Source of the DNA: Clostridia bacterium
GTDB taxonomy: Bacteria > Bacillota > Clostridia > TANB77 > CAG-508
Reading direction: 5' to 3'
NCBI GenBank assembly: GCA_900754285.1
Contig: CAAECB010000080.1
Span: 1,797-65,796 of the forward strand
DNA length: 64,000 nt
Positions 51,199 through 60,706 of the stretch are shown here, one piece after another. The notes under the pieces are model-generated. The model was not told the origin of the DNA and did no database searches. It worked only from the letters and a program-made list of their open reading frames with translations. The position numbers were made by a program, and so were the translations under genes. Position 1 is the first letter of the stretch. Each line of letters begins with the position of its first letter.

Positions 51199-51251
51199 AC
51201 TACACCTCTTTAGATTCTCTTTAGAAATCTCTCTATATATAGTATGCTCTT

Positions 51252-51698
51252 TTATTTGTTTATTAATTCTTTTGCTTTATTTTCAAAATATTGTTTTATT
51301 CTTTCTTTTGTTAGAGCATAACAATACTTATCTACAAGTACTTTCTTACTCTCAATATATTCTGCCATTAAATCTATTGTTTTGTCTTTATTTTGTAATC
51401 GCTTGTTTATTTTTGAAAATTCTTCTTTATATAGACTATATTTTTGTAATTTTTTAACTTCTTTTACTCTATTTCTTAATTTTCTTAATAATTCATCATT
51501 ATGTTTCTTTAGTTTATCTATCTGTTTGTCTTTTTCTTCTAGCATAGATAAAACTGTTTCTATTGCTATGCTATCTGTATCTAAATCTGCTGTTAATTGC
51601 ATTGCAAATATGTCCCCATTTTTCCTTGCTTCTTTAATGACGCCATTATTTATTTGTATCATCTTTTTTAGTCTTTCTATTGCTTGTTCTTTTGTCAT
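51252..51698 (-). CDS. coiled-coil hypothetical phage protein
   Basis: ORF track; heptad-rich. Confidence 0.4.
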   Translation of the reverse strand: MTKEQAIERLKKMIQINNGVIKEARKNGDIFAMQLTADLDTDSIAIETVLSMLEEKDKQIDKLKKHNDELLRKLRNRVKEVKKLQKYSLYKEEFSKINKRLQNKDKTIDLMAEYIESKKVLVDKYCYALTKERIKQYFENKAKELINK

Positions 51699-51701
51699 AT
51701 G

Positions 51702-52112
51702 TTAGTCCTCCTCTGAGTTATCTAATATAAACTGTTTTACTGTTTGTCCAGTATATTTATATGCTCTATCATCTATATATAATTGTGCTGGTAATTTTCT
51801 ATTTGTTACACCTATATATTTCAAATCATTCCAAAATGTTTTGTCATTACTTATACTTATTGCTTCACACCAAAATCCTTGTTTATTCCACCAATTTATT
51901 ATTTGTATTGGTTCTCTTGTAGAACATATAAATATTGGTATTTCTAATTTTTGTAATAATAACATTAAGTCTAATACTTCCTTATTATATTCATCATATA
52001 TACTTCCATCTTGCCAACCTTTTGAATATTTATGTATTACACCATCAAAATCAAAACATACTGCATGTCCTTTATTTAATTTTAAATCTAAACTTTTTTC
52101 TTTTATTTCCAT
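51702..52112 (-). CDS. HAD-superfamily phosphatase / nucleotidase-like protein
   Basis: Motif I CFDFDGVIH and motif IV-like YIDDR. Confidence 0.6.
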   Translation of the reverse strand: MEIKEKSLDLKLNKGHAVCFDFDGVIHKYSKGWQDGSIYDEYNKEVLDLMLLLQKLEIPIFICSTREPIQIINWWNKQGFWCEAISISNDKTFWNDLKYIGVTNRKLPAQLYIDDRAYKYTGQTVKQFILDNSEED

Positions 52113-52504
52113 CCTAATTCCTCTACTTTCTTATTTATTGCTTGTAGTTCTTGTATATCTAATGCATCATTATCACAATATATTGCAATTCTTTTAGTTC
52201 TAAGATTAAATGCTATTCTTATTAGATGTTCATCGTCTGAAGAATATAAATCAAATCTTTCATGTGATTTTGAACTATGCTTTTCATACCCTAACTCGTC
52301 AAACATCTCATCAGCGCACATATTTTGTTCACTTAACTTTCTTCCACAAAACGGACAATAATTTATATCTATATCAATACTGTCGTAATCGTTCCCTGCT
52401 TCTATATAATAATCTTTGTTAACTCTACCAATTGCAATTTCTGTTTCTCCATTTTCTTCTAAAATTTCTCTATCTCCACTTAGTAGTTTACAATATTCAC
52501 ACAT
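52103..52504 (-). CDS. hypothetical zinc-ribbon protein
   Basis: CEYC...CPFCGRKL pair. Confidence 0.4.
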   Translation of the reverse strand: MCEYCKLLSGDREILEENGETEIAIGRVNKDYYIEAGNDYDSIDIDINYCPFCGRKLSEQNMCADEMFDELGYEKHSSKSHERFDLYSSDDEHLIRIAFNLRTKRIAIYCDNDALDIQELQAINKKVEELGWK

Positions 52505-52505
52505 T

Positions 52506-53271
52506 TTATTTTCTCCCTTCTAGTAGTTCTTGTAAAACTCTTTTTTGTTTTAATAACTCTAGTTTATCTTTTTCAACTTCTTTTTTGTATTCTTCGTTGT
52601 CATCATCTGAATATTTACATTCTAATATTGCTATATCTAGTTCTTCTATTTTAGCTTTTATTTTTTGAATTTGTGGACAATATTCATCACACATTATTTT
52701 ATTTTGCTTTCTTAATCTTTCGTTCTCTCGTTGTAGCTTTTGTACTTTCTCTAGTTTTAGATATTTTGTAGTAATAATTGTTGCCTCGTCTGGAAATTCC
52801 GCATCCCCTTCAAATATTATTTTATATTCTCCATTGTTCAATATTTCTTCTATCTTGTCTTTTACTTTTTGAACTGAAATATAATTTTCTTTAATATATT
52901 GTGGTGTTTCTTCTTTAATTACTTTTTGCCCGTTCAAGCACATCTAATAATTTTTCTTGTAATTCTTCATTCTCTTTTGCATACTTATTTATTGTAGTTT
53001 GCTGTTTATCCAGTTCATTGTGCATATATTCATTCTCTTTTAATACTCTTTTATAATCTGATAAAATTACTTTGTATGCTTCTTGTAATAATTCTTCTAC
53101 ATAATAATTTCTTTCGTTTTTTTCTAATATAAATATTGCATCTTCTATTGTTAATTCTAAAGTATCTGTTTTACCATTTGAATATCTTGTATATTTTTCT
53201 TTGATTCTTTCTTCTATACTATTTTCCATGCTACCGACATTTGTGTCGGTACCATTGCTATTTTCTTTCAC
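52506..53271 (-). CDS. coiled-coil protein, either two overlapping ORFs or one product joined by +1 at CGG 52932-52930
   Basis: 0 frame ..KLLDVLE-R-AKSN*. +1 frame GQKVIKEETPQYIKEN... The downstream ORF also has its own in-frame ATG (MCLNGQ), so fusion is not proven. Confidence 0.45.
52930..52932 (-). other. in-frame CGG codon = candidate +1 recoding site (coiled-coil ORF pair)
   Basis: Coding strand ctt gaa CGG gca aaa agt aat taa. Confidence 0.5.
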
Positions 53272-53515
53272 TTAAAACACCTCTCTTTTGCATATCTGTT
53301 ATAATTTCTTTCTTGTATATAATTTTAAATGTTGTATATACAATATCAGTTCTAAACCACGACATTTTATTACATAGCCATTCTAAAAAATCTGATAAAT
53401 AATCTAATATTACAAATGGAAATAATAATATGTAAGTAATAATATACAAAGCTTTCATTGTCTTTTTATGTTTATTAGCCATATTTGAAGTTATTTTTAA
53501 ATCTTTTATTCTCAT
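53258..53515 (-). CDS. small membrane protein
   Basis: TM ALYIITYILLFPFVILDYL. Confidence 0.4.
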   Translation of the reverse strand: MRIKDLKITSNMANKHKKTMKALYIITYILLFPFVILDYLSDFLEWLCNKMSWFRTDIVYTTFKIIYKKEIITDMQKRGVLSERK

Positions 53516-53522
53516 ATCTTAT

Positions 53523-53690
53523 TTACTCCTTTACCTCTATAATATCATTTTCAGGGCAATACCATATTCGCCCATCATTTTGTTTTATATGTACTGTCAT
53601 ATCTCTTGCTGTCGGTTTAAAATTTTTTATTACTACTCCAACATGTCCATCATATGTTGCTACTCTTTTGCCTATTAATGTTTTTACCAT
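53523..53690 (-). CDS. small hypothetical protein (55 aa), not in track
   Basis: Own translation MVKTLIGKRVATYDGHVGVVIKNFKPTARDMTVHIKQNDGRIWYCPENDIIEVKE*. RBS ggaggag. Confidence 0.45.
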   Translation of the reverse strand: MVKTLIGKRVATYDGHVGVVIKNFKPTARDMTVHIKQNDGRIWYCPENDIIEVKE

Positions 53691-53692
53691 AT

Positions 53693-53980
53693 CTATTCTC
53701 CTCCTTGATCGTTTTTCTTTATCAATTCTAATATAATACTAAAATTTATATTAGGAATTATACTTTGGATACGCTCTGCTTTATATTTCTGTTTAAGTTC
53801 CTTTATAATTTTCTTCGCTTTCTCTTTTTCAACTTTCTTGATTTGAAATCTGCCTTTTCTTGCGTCATTTCCTATAAAATTAAATAGACAAGTATTAGCT
53901 CCCTTTTCTGTTGTTTCACAAATTCGTGGAAATTGAAACTCTTTTGTTACATCATTCCATATCATGTATCTATATTCCAT
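53693..53980 (-). CDS. hypothetical phage protein
   Basis: ORF track only. Confidence 0.4.
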   Translation of the reverse strand: MEYRYMIWNDVTKEFQFPRICETTEKGANTCLFNFIGNDARKGRFQIKKVEKEKAKKIIKELKQKYKAERIQSIIPNINFSIILELIKKNDQGGE

Positions 53981-54317
53981 CTTCTCCTCCTACTTTATTG
54001 CAATTAGCCATATAACTTTCTTTTGTTAATATTGTTTGTATATCTTCTTCCCATAAAGTACATTCACTGCTATCTTTACTACTATCTATATCAACACATT
54101 TTCCACTTGGGCAAGGTCCTTCATTTATTACATTTTCTACTCTGTATCCGTTTACTATATCTCCAACTTCTATTAAGTCTATTAGTTGTTTACTGTGTTT
54201 TACTATTTTGCCATATTCTGCATCTAAAAAATTAGCTATTTGTAAATTCTTCTTTTCTTCATCTACCTTAAAAATATAACCTTTGTCTGTTCTCACATAT
54301 TCGTTTACTTCTATCAT
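53970..54317 (-). CDS. hypothetical phage protein
   Basis: ORF track. RBS gaggaggtaaga. Confidence 0.4.
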   Translation of the reverse strand: MIEVNEYVRTDKGYIFKVDEEKKNLQIANFLDAEYGKIVKHSKQLIDLIEVGDIVNGYRVENVINEGPCPSGKCVDIDSSKDSSECTLWEEDIQTILTKESYMANCNKVGGEDGI

Positions 54318-54328
54318 CTCTTACCTCC

Positions 54329-55151
54329 TCACATAAGTGCTTCAAATGTAACTTGTCCATCTTCCATTATCCCATTTAAGATATTATCACTTATCATTTT
54401 TTCCTTTGCTTGATTATAAAAGTCCTTTTTTATTTCAAAGCCATAAGCATTTCTTTTCAATTCTGCACAAGCTCTTAAAGTTGAAGCACTTCCGTGCAAC
54501 TGGATCTATTACTACATCCCCTTCATCTGTAAATATTTCTATTAGTCTCTTTAATAGACTTATTGGTTTTTGTGTTGGATGTATTTTAGGGTATAACTTA
54601 GAATTATCTCTTTTCCATTCAAACCAGTTAAATATCATTTTTCCTTTTTGTTCTTCTGTTTTGCCATTATTAAATTTGGGTAGCTTATCTCTATAAAGTA
54701 CCACTGCATATTCTGTTGCTCCTACTATTTTCATATTAGCTTTTAATACTGATGCAGAATAATTTTTTACAAAAACAAGTGGATAACTTTTCATTAAACC
54801 ATGTTTTTTCGCCTCATCTATTACCATTTGCATTTGCTCAAAAGCACAAAATACTATCATTGCTGGAGCTTGTCCCTTTTCTTTTGGTTCTTTCTTTAAA
54901 TATCTCGTACAAAAATCAAAAAAATTATTTATTTTAAAGTCATTATCTGTATCAAAGAAACTTTTTCCAGCTAGTTTGCTTTCTCCATTTTTGTTATTTC
55001 CATCTTTATACCACATTGGGTTGCTTGCATAAGCATTATTTCCAAGGTTATATGGTATGTCTGCTATTATTAGTTGTGCATGTGGTATCCCATATCTTTT
55101 AGCATTTTCAAAGTGATCGTTATATAATTCTATCTTACATTTTCTATCCAT
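54329..55151 (-). CDS. orphan beta-class N6-adenine/N4-cytosine DNA methyltransferase, interrupted at AdoMet motif I by CGG 54494-54492 (+1 continuation)
   Basis: Motif IV IIADIPYNLG. Junction VVIDPVA|GSASTLRACAELKRNAYGFEIKKDFYNQAKEKM..EALM* restores motif I (DPxxGSxxT). The 0 frame gives unrelated RKCFNFKSLCRIEKKCLWL*. Confidence 0.8.
54492..54494 (-). other. in-frame CGG codon = candidate +1 recoding site (methyltransferase)
   Basis: Coding strand gtt gca CGG aag tgc. The +1 frame gga agt gct tca act tta aga gct... Confidence 0.75.
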
Positions 55152-55165
55152 TTTTTACTTCCCTT

Positions 55166-55496
55166 TCATTTGATTATCCTTAATTCCAAATCAGGATACT
55201 TCTTTTCAAATAATTTATGTTTTAATTTGAATACATCTGTCTGCAATCCTTTTACATCTTCAACTACCATTTTGCCGACGTTGGCAATATGAAAAATCCG
55301 CTATATATTCAATCTTTCTGTATGTTTTTCCATTTTTCTTAAAACTATCTTGAAGCAAAAATCTTGGTTGTAATTCTAAGTTGCTTATTTCTCCTGCTCT
55401 TTCTAACAACTTCAATTCTTTATATCTTTGACTTTCTCTTATACTGTCAAATACATACATATCAACTTGCACTTTTTTATTTCTGTATTTGTTCAC
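55166..55496 (-). CDS. DUF1064-family phage protein (nuclease-fold), interrupted by CGG 55277-55275 (+1 continuation); GTG start
   Basis: NKYRNKKVQVDMYVFDSIRESQRYKELKLLERAGEISNLELQPRF..IEYIADFSYCQR|GKMVVEDVKGLQTDVFKLKHKLFEKKYPDLELRIIK* matches the family layout I recall. Confidence 0.7.
55275..55277 (-). other. in-frame CGG codon = candidate +1 recoding site (DUF1064)
   Basis: Coding strand caa cgt CGG caa aat ggt agt tga. The +1 frame ggc aaa atg gta gtt gaa gat gta aaa gga... Confidence 0.75.
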
Positions 55497-55647
55497 TTCT
55501 CTTTAGCTCCTTTCTCAATTTTTCTTGCCAATTCTCTACTCCTGATATAAAACTTTTACATCTCATTACTGGTTTATAATCTTCACTTTCTTGTTTGTTA
55601 CAGCCTAAACAGTAATGACATAGTGTATTCTTTTTTATCTGTTTCAT
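55477..55647 (-). CDS. small Cys-containing protein (56 aa), not in track
   Basis: Own translation MKQIKKNTLCHYCLGCNKQESEDYKPVMRCKSF..KRSEQIQK*. Confidence 0.4.
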   Translation of the reverse strand: MKQIKKNTLCHYCLGCNKQESEDYKPVMRCKSFISGVENWQEKLRKELKRSEQIQK

Positions 55648-55650
55648 AAA

Positions 55651-55905
55651 TTAGTCCAATCTTGAAATATGATCTATATTTTTTGTTATCATATCCATTA
55701 AATAATATCTTTTAAAACTTACCGATTCACCAAATCTGTTTTTACTGCTTTCCCATTTTGTTTCAAACTCATAGCCTAGCTCTTTTAACTCTTTTATTCT
55801 TGTTGCTAGTTGTGTTATTCCTAAATCATTGTAAGCATCTTTACTTGTTATGCTTCCAAATTGTCTTATATAATCTATTATTCTTTGCCTTTGATTCATC
55901 TTCAT
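55651..55905 (-). CDS. winged-helix DNA-binding protein
   Basis: QRQRIIDYIRQFGSITSKDAYNDLGITQLATRIKELKELGY. Confidence 0.5.
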   Translation of the reverse strand: MKMNQRQRIIDYIRQFGSITSKDAYNDLGITQLATRIKELKELGYEFETKWESSKNRFGESVSFKRYYLMDMITKNIDHISRLD

Positions 55906-55912
55906 TTGTTTA

Positions 55913-56455
55913 TCACTCCCCTATCTGTTTTATATCCATTTTTTCTACTAGTTTTTTTGTAAAGTCTTTCATATTTTGAGGCAATAGTTTTTGTTCTCTT
56001 TCTCTATTTACTATTACTTCATATTGTTTCAAAAATTGTCCTTTAGTTACACTATTCACTATGTCTGTTTTGGTTTGTGCCAATTCTCTAACTTGAGCTA
56101 CATTTCCAAAAAACTTTTTTACTTCTGGACTTGCTTTTTCAAATTCTTCTTCAGTCATATAATTACCTTGACAAATCATTGAGTATGCCTCATTCCATGC
56201 CTCTATAGCTGTTTTGTTAGTTGTTGGTTTTATCATTTCTATTGCATTTTTTCTAACATCATGTATTGTTGGAGGATATGGACTTTCCATTATTGTCTTC
56301 TTTACTGCTTGTAAAACTAGTATATAATCTAAATCTCCTAAACACTCTAACCACGTATTTATCATTAGTTGCTTTTGTATTTTATCTTTTTTAGATATAC
56401 TGTCATAATTACCAGCTAAAAGTGTTATTATTTGAATTGTTTCCGTTTTGTTCAT
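55913..56455 (-). CDS. replicative helicase loader-like protein (G40P-loader family)
   Basis: IQIITLLAGNYDS..NTWLECLGDLDY..YPPTIHDV pattern. Follows the replisome organiser. Confidence 0.6.
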   Translation of the reverse strand: MNKTETIQIITLLAGNYDSISKKDKIQKQLMINTWLECLGDLDYILVLQAVKKTIMESPYPPTIHDVRKNAIEMIKPTTNKTAIEAWNEAYSMICQGNYMTEEEFEKASPEVKKFFGNVAQVRELAQTKTDIVNSVTKGQFLKQYEVIVNREREQKLLPQNMKDFTKKLVEKMDIKQIGE

Positions 56456-57203
56456 CTTCTTCTATTCTTGCCTCCTCCCATAATTGCTTAAAATCATTCA
56501 TTCCACTTTTTACATTACTATATTTTCCTTCAAGTACACTTGTCGCCTTATCTATTCTCATAAGAAAATCAAAGTCAGCTTTCCATTTTCTATCATTTTG
56601 TCCTGTAAGGAACTCACTAGAATTTGCAATTTGACATATTTGTTCAAACTGTTCTTCTGTAAATTCTTTAAGAAACTTGTCTATAGTCTTATTCCTCTTT
56701 TCTGTAAGTTTTTGAATTTGTGGCAAATTTGTGCAGATGGAATTGTATATATCTTTTATTCTTATTCTTTTATTTTCTTTTTCTTTTATATTATCTTCTT
56801 TTTTATTAGGAGAGTTAGTTCGTCGAATATTCGTCGAATTGTCTCCGAATAGGATTTGCATTGTTTTTTCGTCATATTCTGGTATCTTACTTTGACTAGG
56901 TCTATCAATTTTTTGCCATGTATTCCAATTGTAAAGGCTATAATAACTACTTCCGTTACAAGAGTAAAAGTTTACGGACATATTAGAGCTTATCTCTGAT
57001 AAGGTTTTATCTATATCGGCACTCCTTATACCTTCTTCATAAGGGAATAATGTAGACTTTAAATATACTGGATTACATCTTCCTCTCCCTTCATCATCAG
57101 CAAGAGAGAATAGACCTATAAAAACTAATTTTCCCAAAGTTGATAACTTACTAAAATCTTCACTTTGCCATATATTAGGATCTATCATTCTTTTTCTTGC
57201 CAT
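56409..57203 (-). CDS. replication initiator / replisome organiser
   Basis: N-terminus RKRMIDPNIWQSEDFSKLSTLGKLVFIGLFSLADDEGRG. Contains tandem TTCGTCGAAT repeats (56819-56839). Confidence 0.55.
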   Translation of the reverse strand: MARKRMIDPNIWQSEDFSKLSTLGKLVFIGLFSLADDEGRGRCNPVYLKSTLFPYEEGIRSADIDKTLSEISSNMSVNFYSCNGSSYYSLYNWNTWQKIDRPSQSKIPEYDEKTMQILFGDNSTNIRRTNSPNKKEDNIKEKENKRIRIKDIYNSICTNLPQIQKLTEKRNKTIDKFLKEFTEEQFEQICQIANSSEFLTGQNDRKWKADFDFLMRIDKATSVLEGKYSNVKSGMNDFKQLWEEARIEEDEQNGNNSNNNTFSW

Positions 57204-57817
57204 TTCATTCCTCCTGTCTTTACATTCTTTAATCTGCTATCAACTATCATGTTCTCTAAGTATTCATCTTTGTAATAATAACTATCCTGTTCAAAACTAA
57301 TATTAGTATTTATATGTACAAATTTTATATTTGTATTTGTATAATCATTTAGATACATTTGCATATCTTGTGTTTCTTTATTTAACCCAGTTGTTAATAA
57401 TATTCCTTTTGCATTTACTAATGTTGAACCTATTCTTTCATCACAATCTAGTGAATTTAATAAATTCAAATATCTGCTTAATTGTGCTATATCTTTTGGT
57501 TCTGCTTGTCTATTTTTCAATTCAACTACTATAAATGTTTTTAATACTTCTAAGTATGGATCATCTGATTTCTCCTGTATTTGAAATAATAAATCAAATC
57601 TTGAATCTCCCACTATTACTTGCCTTCCTACAAATTCAATTTCCTCCACTTTCATGTTATCATTTATATATAGTTTTTTTAAAAATTTTATAAATTCTTC
57701 AATATTTTCACATATGTAATCTTCTAACTCTTTTTCATTATTTATATACACTCTTTTTCTCCTTTCGTACAATTTCAGGGCTAGTTTTGTGTCTAGCCCT
57801 GTTGCTTTATTCTTCAT
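57185..57817 (-). CDS. PD-(D/E)xK nuclease-fold protein (NucS/DUF91-like)
   Basis: SRFDLLF ... FIVVELKNRQA gives a D..ExK arrangement. Confidence 0.5.
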   Translation of the reverse strand: MKNKATGLDTKLALKLYERRKRVYINNEKELEDYICENIEEFIKFLKKLYINDNMKVEEIEFVGRQVIVGDSRFDLLFQIQEKSDDPYLEVLKTFIVVELKNRQAEPKDIAQLSRYLNLLNSLDCDERIGSTLVNAKGILLTTGLNKETQDMQMYLNDYTNTNIKFVHINTNISFEQDSYYYKDEYLENMIVDSRLKNVKTGGMKWQEKE

Positions 57818-58142
57818 CTAAATCTTTTATAGCTCTTGCTTTTTCCATCTTTACTTTTTCAGCATCCTTTTTTGCCTTTTCATCACAAACAAATTTAATC
57901 ATTTCCTTGTAAAATTCTTTATCTATTACTTTTATAGTTGTTATTAATTCATCACAAAATTTGCTGTCATATTTAAAATCTATTTTTACATTATTATTCC
58001 AGTCTTTTTCATATTGTATATGATCATATAACAATGTTTTTATCCTATCCAACAACATTGTATCTGTATTGTTAGGTTTATCCTTCAATAACAATTCTTT
58101 ATATTCATCTATACTTATTACTATTTCATTTTTATTAGCCAT
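57807..58142 (-). CDS. hypothetical phage protein
   Basis: ORF track only. Confidence 0.4.
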   Translation of the reverse strand: MANKNEIVISIDEYKELLLKDKPNNTDTMLLDRIKTLLYDHIQYEKDWNNNVKIDFKYDSKFCDELITTIKVIDKEFYKEMIKFVCDEKAKKDAEKVKMEKARAIKDLDEE

Positions 58143-58164
58143 TTTCTTTTCCTCCTAATATTTT

Positions 58165-58446
58165 TTATAAATAACTTTTTCCTATTAATTTTATAAATTC
58201 TTCTCTTGTATGATTTTTTTCATATTCTTTTTGACATTCCTGCTTTAACTTCAAATCTAAATCATGGCCATATTTTCCATGTACTCCATATGTTCCTCTA
58301 TGTTCTGAATATGTTAGCCATACTTTGAATCCATTTTTCTCTGATATTTTTCTTTTTCCTGTACCAAAATATATATGATGTTCTTCTAGTCCATAAGTTT
58401 GTCCACTGATATAGCTTTCTTTTTTGTTTTGTAAAATTGATTTCAT
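58165..58446 (-). CDS. conserved phage protein with His-rich motif (unassigned)
   Basis: GLEEHHIYFG..HRGTYGVHGKYGH. Overlaps the ninB-like stop. Confidence 0.35.
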   Translation of the reverse strand: MKSILQNKKESYISGQTYGLEEHHIYFGTGKRKISEKNGFKVWLTYSEHRGTYGVHGKYGHDLDLKLKQECQKEYEKNHTREEFIKLIGKSYL

Positions 58447-58985
58447 TTTTTATTCCAACTTTCTAGCAAACTCTTTATTTCCTGTTGTGATTTCGTTTCA
58501 ATACCATAAACCTTACAATCTTGAACTACACCATCTATCAACCTAGCCATTTGTTTTGAATTAAAAGAACTTGAGCCATAATAAGCATTTATTATTTTAA
58601 ATTCTGTATTTTCTATATATGTTGTATCTGCTATTTCACAAAACCATGCTATTCCTTGTGCATTCCACATTTTTTCAAATGTTTTTATATTTTCTGCTTC
58701 TATCTTAAATCTTCTAAATATTCCTAATTCTTTCACTCTTCTTCTATATTCTTCAACTGTATCTATTTCAGCTAATTCGCATAATTCCTGTAACAGTTTC
58801 CAAAAATAATTATTTGCATTAGTTGTTCTCTTTTTTATATACTTTTTAGCTTCTATTTTAAGTTTTAAACCTTTTAACTGTTCTATATCTGATAACTTGT
58901 CTCTTCCATCAATTAAAAAGCTTATTTTTGGTTTTCCTGTTTTATAATCTATATTTATTTCTTCCAATGTCCCTGTAGTTTGCAT
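58443..58985 (-). CDS. NinB/Orf-family recombination mediator
   Basis: KKRTTNANNYFWKLLQEL and YYGSSSFNSKQMARLIDGVVQDCKVYGIE parallel lambda NinB RSLDQNRKLWACL / GQSTSRMRVGEFAELLELIQAFG. Confidence 0.6.
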   Translation of the reverse strand: MQTTGTLEEINIDYKTGKPKISFLIDGRDKLSDIEQLKGLKLKIEAKKYIKKRTTNANNYFWKLLQELCELAEIDTVEEYRRRVKELGIFRRFKIEAENIKTFEKMWNAQGIAWFCEIADTTYIENTEFKIINAYYGSSSFNSKQMARLIDGVVQDCKVYGIETKSQQEIKSLLESWNKK

Positions 58986-58993
58986 TTAACCAC

Positions 58994-59665
58994 CTACTTC
59001 TTATCTGGCATCGTATTGCACTTATTTAAGATTGCTATGTATTGCTCTTTTGTTAAATCCGATGTATTTTTTATTCCATAATTTTTTTCTAATACTGCTA
59101 CCACATCAAATCCTTTTCTTATCATAAGTGCATATATTGACTTTGCTTCTACATCTGTTATTTTATTGTTAGATACTTTAACCTTTATCTGTTGCTTTTT
59201 ATAACCTGTTTCACTTGGATTTTGGTCTGGATCTTCTCCTGTTATAATTTTATAGCTTTTCATTAATGCATATTTATCTGAATATGTCATTGCTTTTCCT
59301 GAACCTTTGTCTTGTGTATCAATTCCCTCTGCAAAAGTAATTGTTTCTATATACTCATCTGGCTTATCTATATTTACAAATCTATAAGTTGTTTTTATTC
59401 TGCTAAAAATATTATTTTTTTCTCCATAATTATTAGTTGTTGTATACATTGTACTTTCTATTACTTCTCTGTTGGCTGGATAACTATATACTCTATACTT
59501 AAACTCTAATTCCTTAACTGCTTTTAATATATCCGCTTCTCCTACTGCTTTGTATGAACTTTTGCCTTCTCCTACTGTTAGATTTTTATTTACATTTGCT
59601 ATTTCATTTGTTATATTTAACATTTTCTCAAAAATATTCATTTCCTTAGCTTCCATCTTACTCAC
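58994..59665 (-). CDS. ERF-family single-strand annealing protein
   Basis: NIFEKMLNITNEI..YKAVGEADILKAVKEL..GIDTQDKGSGKAMTYSDKYALMKSY. Confidence 0.7.
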   Translation of the reverse strand: MSKMEAKEMNIFEKMLNITNEIANVNKNLTVGEGKSSYKAVGEADILKAVKELEFKYRVYSYPANREVIESTMYTTTNNYGEKNNIFSRIKTTYRFVNIDKPDEYIETITFAEGIDTQDKGSGKAMTYSDKYALMKSYKIITGEDPDQNPSETGYKKQQIKVKVSNNKITDVEAKSIYALMIRKGFDVVAVLEKNYGIKNTSDLTKEQYIAILNKCNTMPDKK

Positions 59666-60154
59666 CTACTTTATCCTTAAACCTATATCTTGTTTTATAT
59701 TTACTCCATCAACTATTTCTCCAGTTTCTTTAAAGTTTTTCATTATTGCTTTTTTATCTATTTTTATCTCTAAAACTTTTGTTTTATATTCATCTGGTAC
59801 CTTGTTTTCATCATATATTTCAACACTTTGGGAATTTTTTACTATACTTAGTGTTCCTAATTGTGTTTCTATTTTTGTAAATCCCCCTCGTTCCATACAT
59901 TCTTTTACATATTTTCTGAATTTTTTAAGATTGTTTTCTAATGACTTTCTTTGCTTTGAAATTCGTTCTTCTTCGTTTTTCATTGCTTCAATGGTTAATT
60001 CCATGTTTCTTGTATATCCAATCAAATTTTGGCTTTTTTGTTGTAATAATTCTGTCAATTCTTTTTCTACTTCTTTTTTGTCTTCTTCTGACATTTCCTC
60101 TTCTATCATTCTTGGAAATGCACTTGTTATTTGATATAAACTTAAACTTTCCAT
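59666..60154 (-). CDS. Siphovirus Gp157-family protein
   Basis: SLYQIT..coiled coil..KIETQLGTLSIVKNSQSVEIYDENKVPDEYK matches the Gp157 layout. Confidence 0.75.
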   Translation of the reverse strand: MESLSLYQITSAFPRMIEEEMSEEDKKEVEKELTELLQQKSQNLIGYTRNMELTIEAMKNEEERISKQRKSLENNLKKFRKYVKECMERGGFTKIETQLGTLSIVKNSQSVEIYDENKVPDEYKTKVLEIKIDKKAIMKNFKETGEIVDGVNIKQDIGLRIK

Positions 60155-60273
60155 TATTCTGCACTCATCCTTTCTGAAACTTTATCTTCATATGCTATGT
60201 CATCTTGTTCGTAATCTTCGTCATATTCTACTCTGTAATCTATATAATTTTGTACCATTATATTTTCTAACAT
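60154..60273 (-). CDS. small acidic protein (39 aa), not in track
   Basis: Own translation MLENIMVQNYIDYRVEYDEDYEQDDIAYEDKVSERMSAE*. RBS gggagga. TAATG overlap with the next gene. Confidence 0.45.
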   Translation of the reverse strand: MLENIMVQNYIDYRVEYDEDYEQDDIAYEDKVSERMSAE

Positions 60274-60352
60274 ATTATCCTCCCTCTTGATTTCTACTGT
60301 TAAAAATGCTATAATAACAATAGAAATTCATATATTTATGTGTTTTATTGAA

Positions 60353-60667
60353 CTAATTTTCTGATTGGTAGTCTGGAATTAGTTCTTTATTTTCGTCTGT
60401 TAAATTATTTGTTAGTAATTCTATATTGTTTCTTAAATCTTCCATTTTAGCTCTTAATTCTGCTGCATTATCTAGTAATATTGCATTGTCTTTTTGTTGC
60501 TTTTCTATCATTTTGTCTCTGTTTTTTATTTTTGAATTTAATAGATCTATATCTTCTTCTAAATTGTTTATTGTATCTTTTAACAATTCATTTGCTCTTT
60601 CTGCATTTTCATTGAATAGAACTACTAATAATGCTCCAGATAAAAATCCTGCTATTGCAAAAAACAT
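60353..60667 (-). CDS. membrane-anchored coiled-coil protein (start at M7)
   Basis: MFFAIAGFLSGALLVVLF then heptads. Confidence 0.45.
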   Translation of the reverse strand: MFFAIAGFLSGALLVVLFNENAERANELLKDTINNLEEDIDLLNSKIKNRDKMIEKQQKDNAILLDNAAELRAKMEDLRNNIELLTNNLTDENKELIPDYQSEN

Positions 60668-60706
60668 ATATCTTCCTCCTTTCAAATAGTTTCTCTTACT
60701 TATGTT

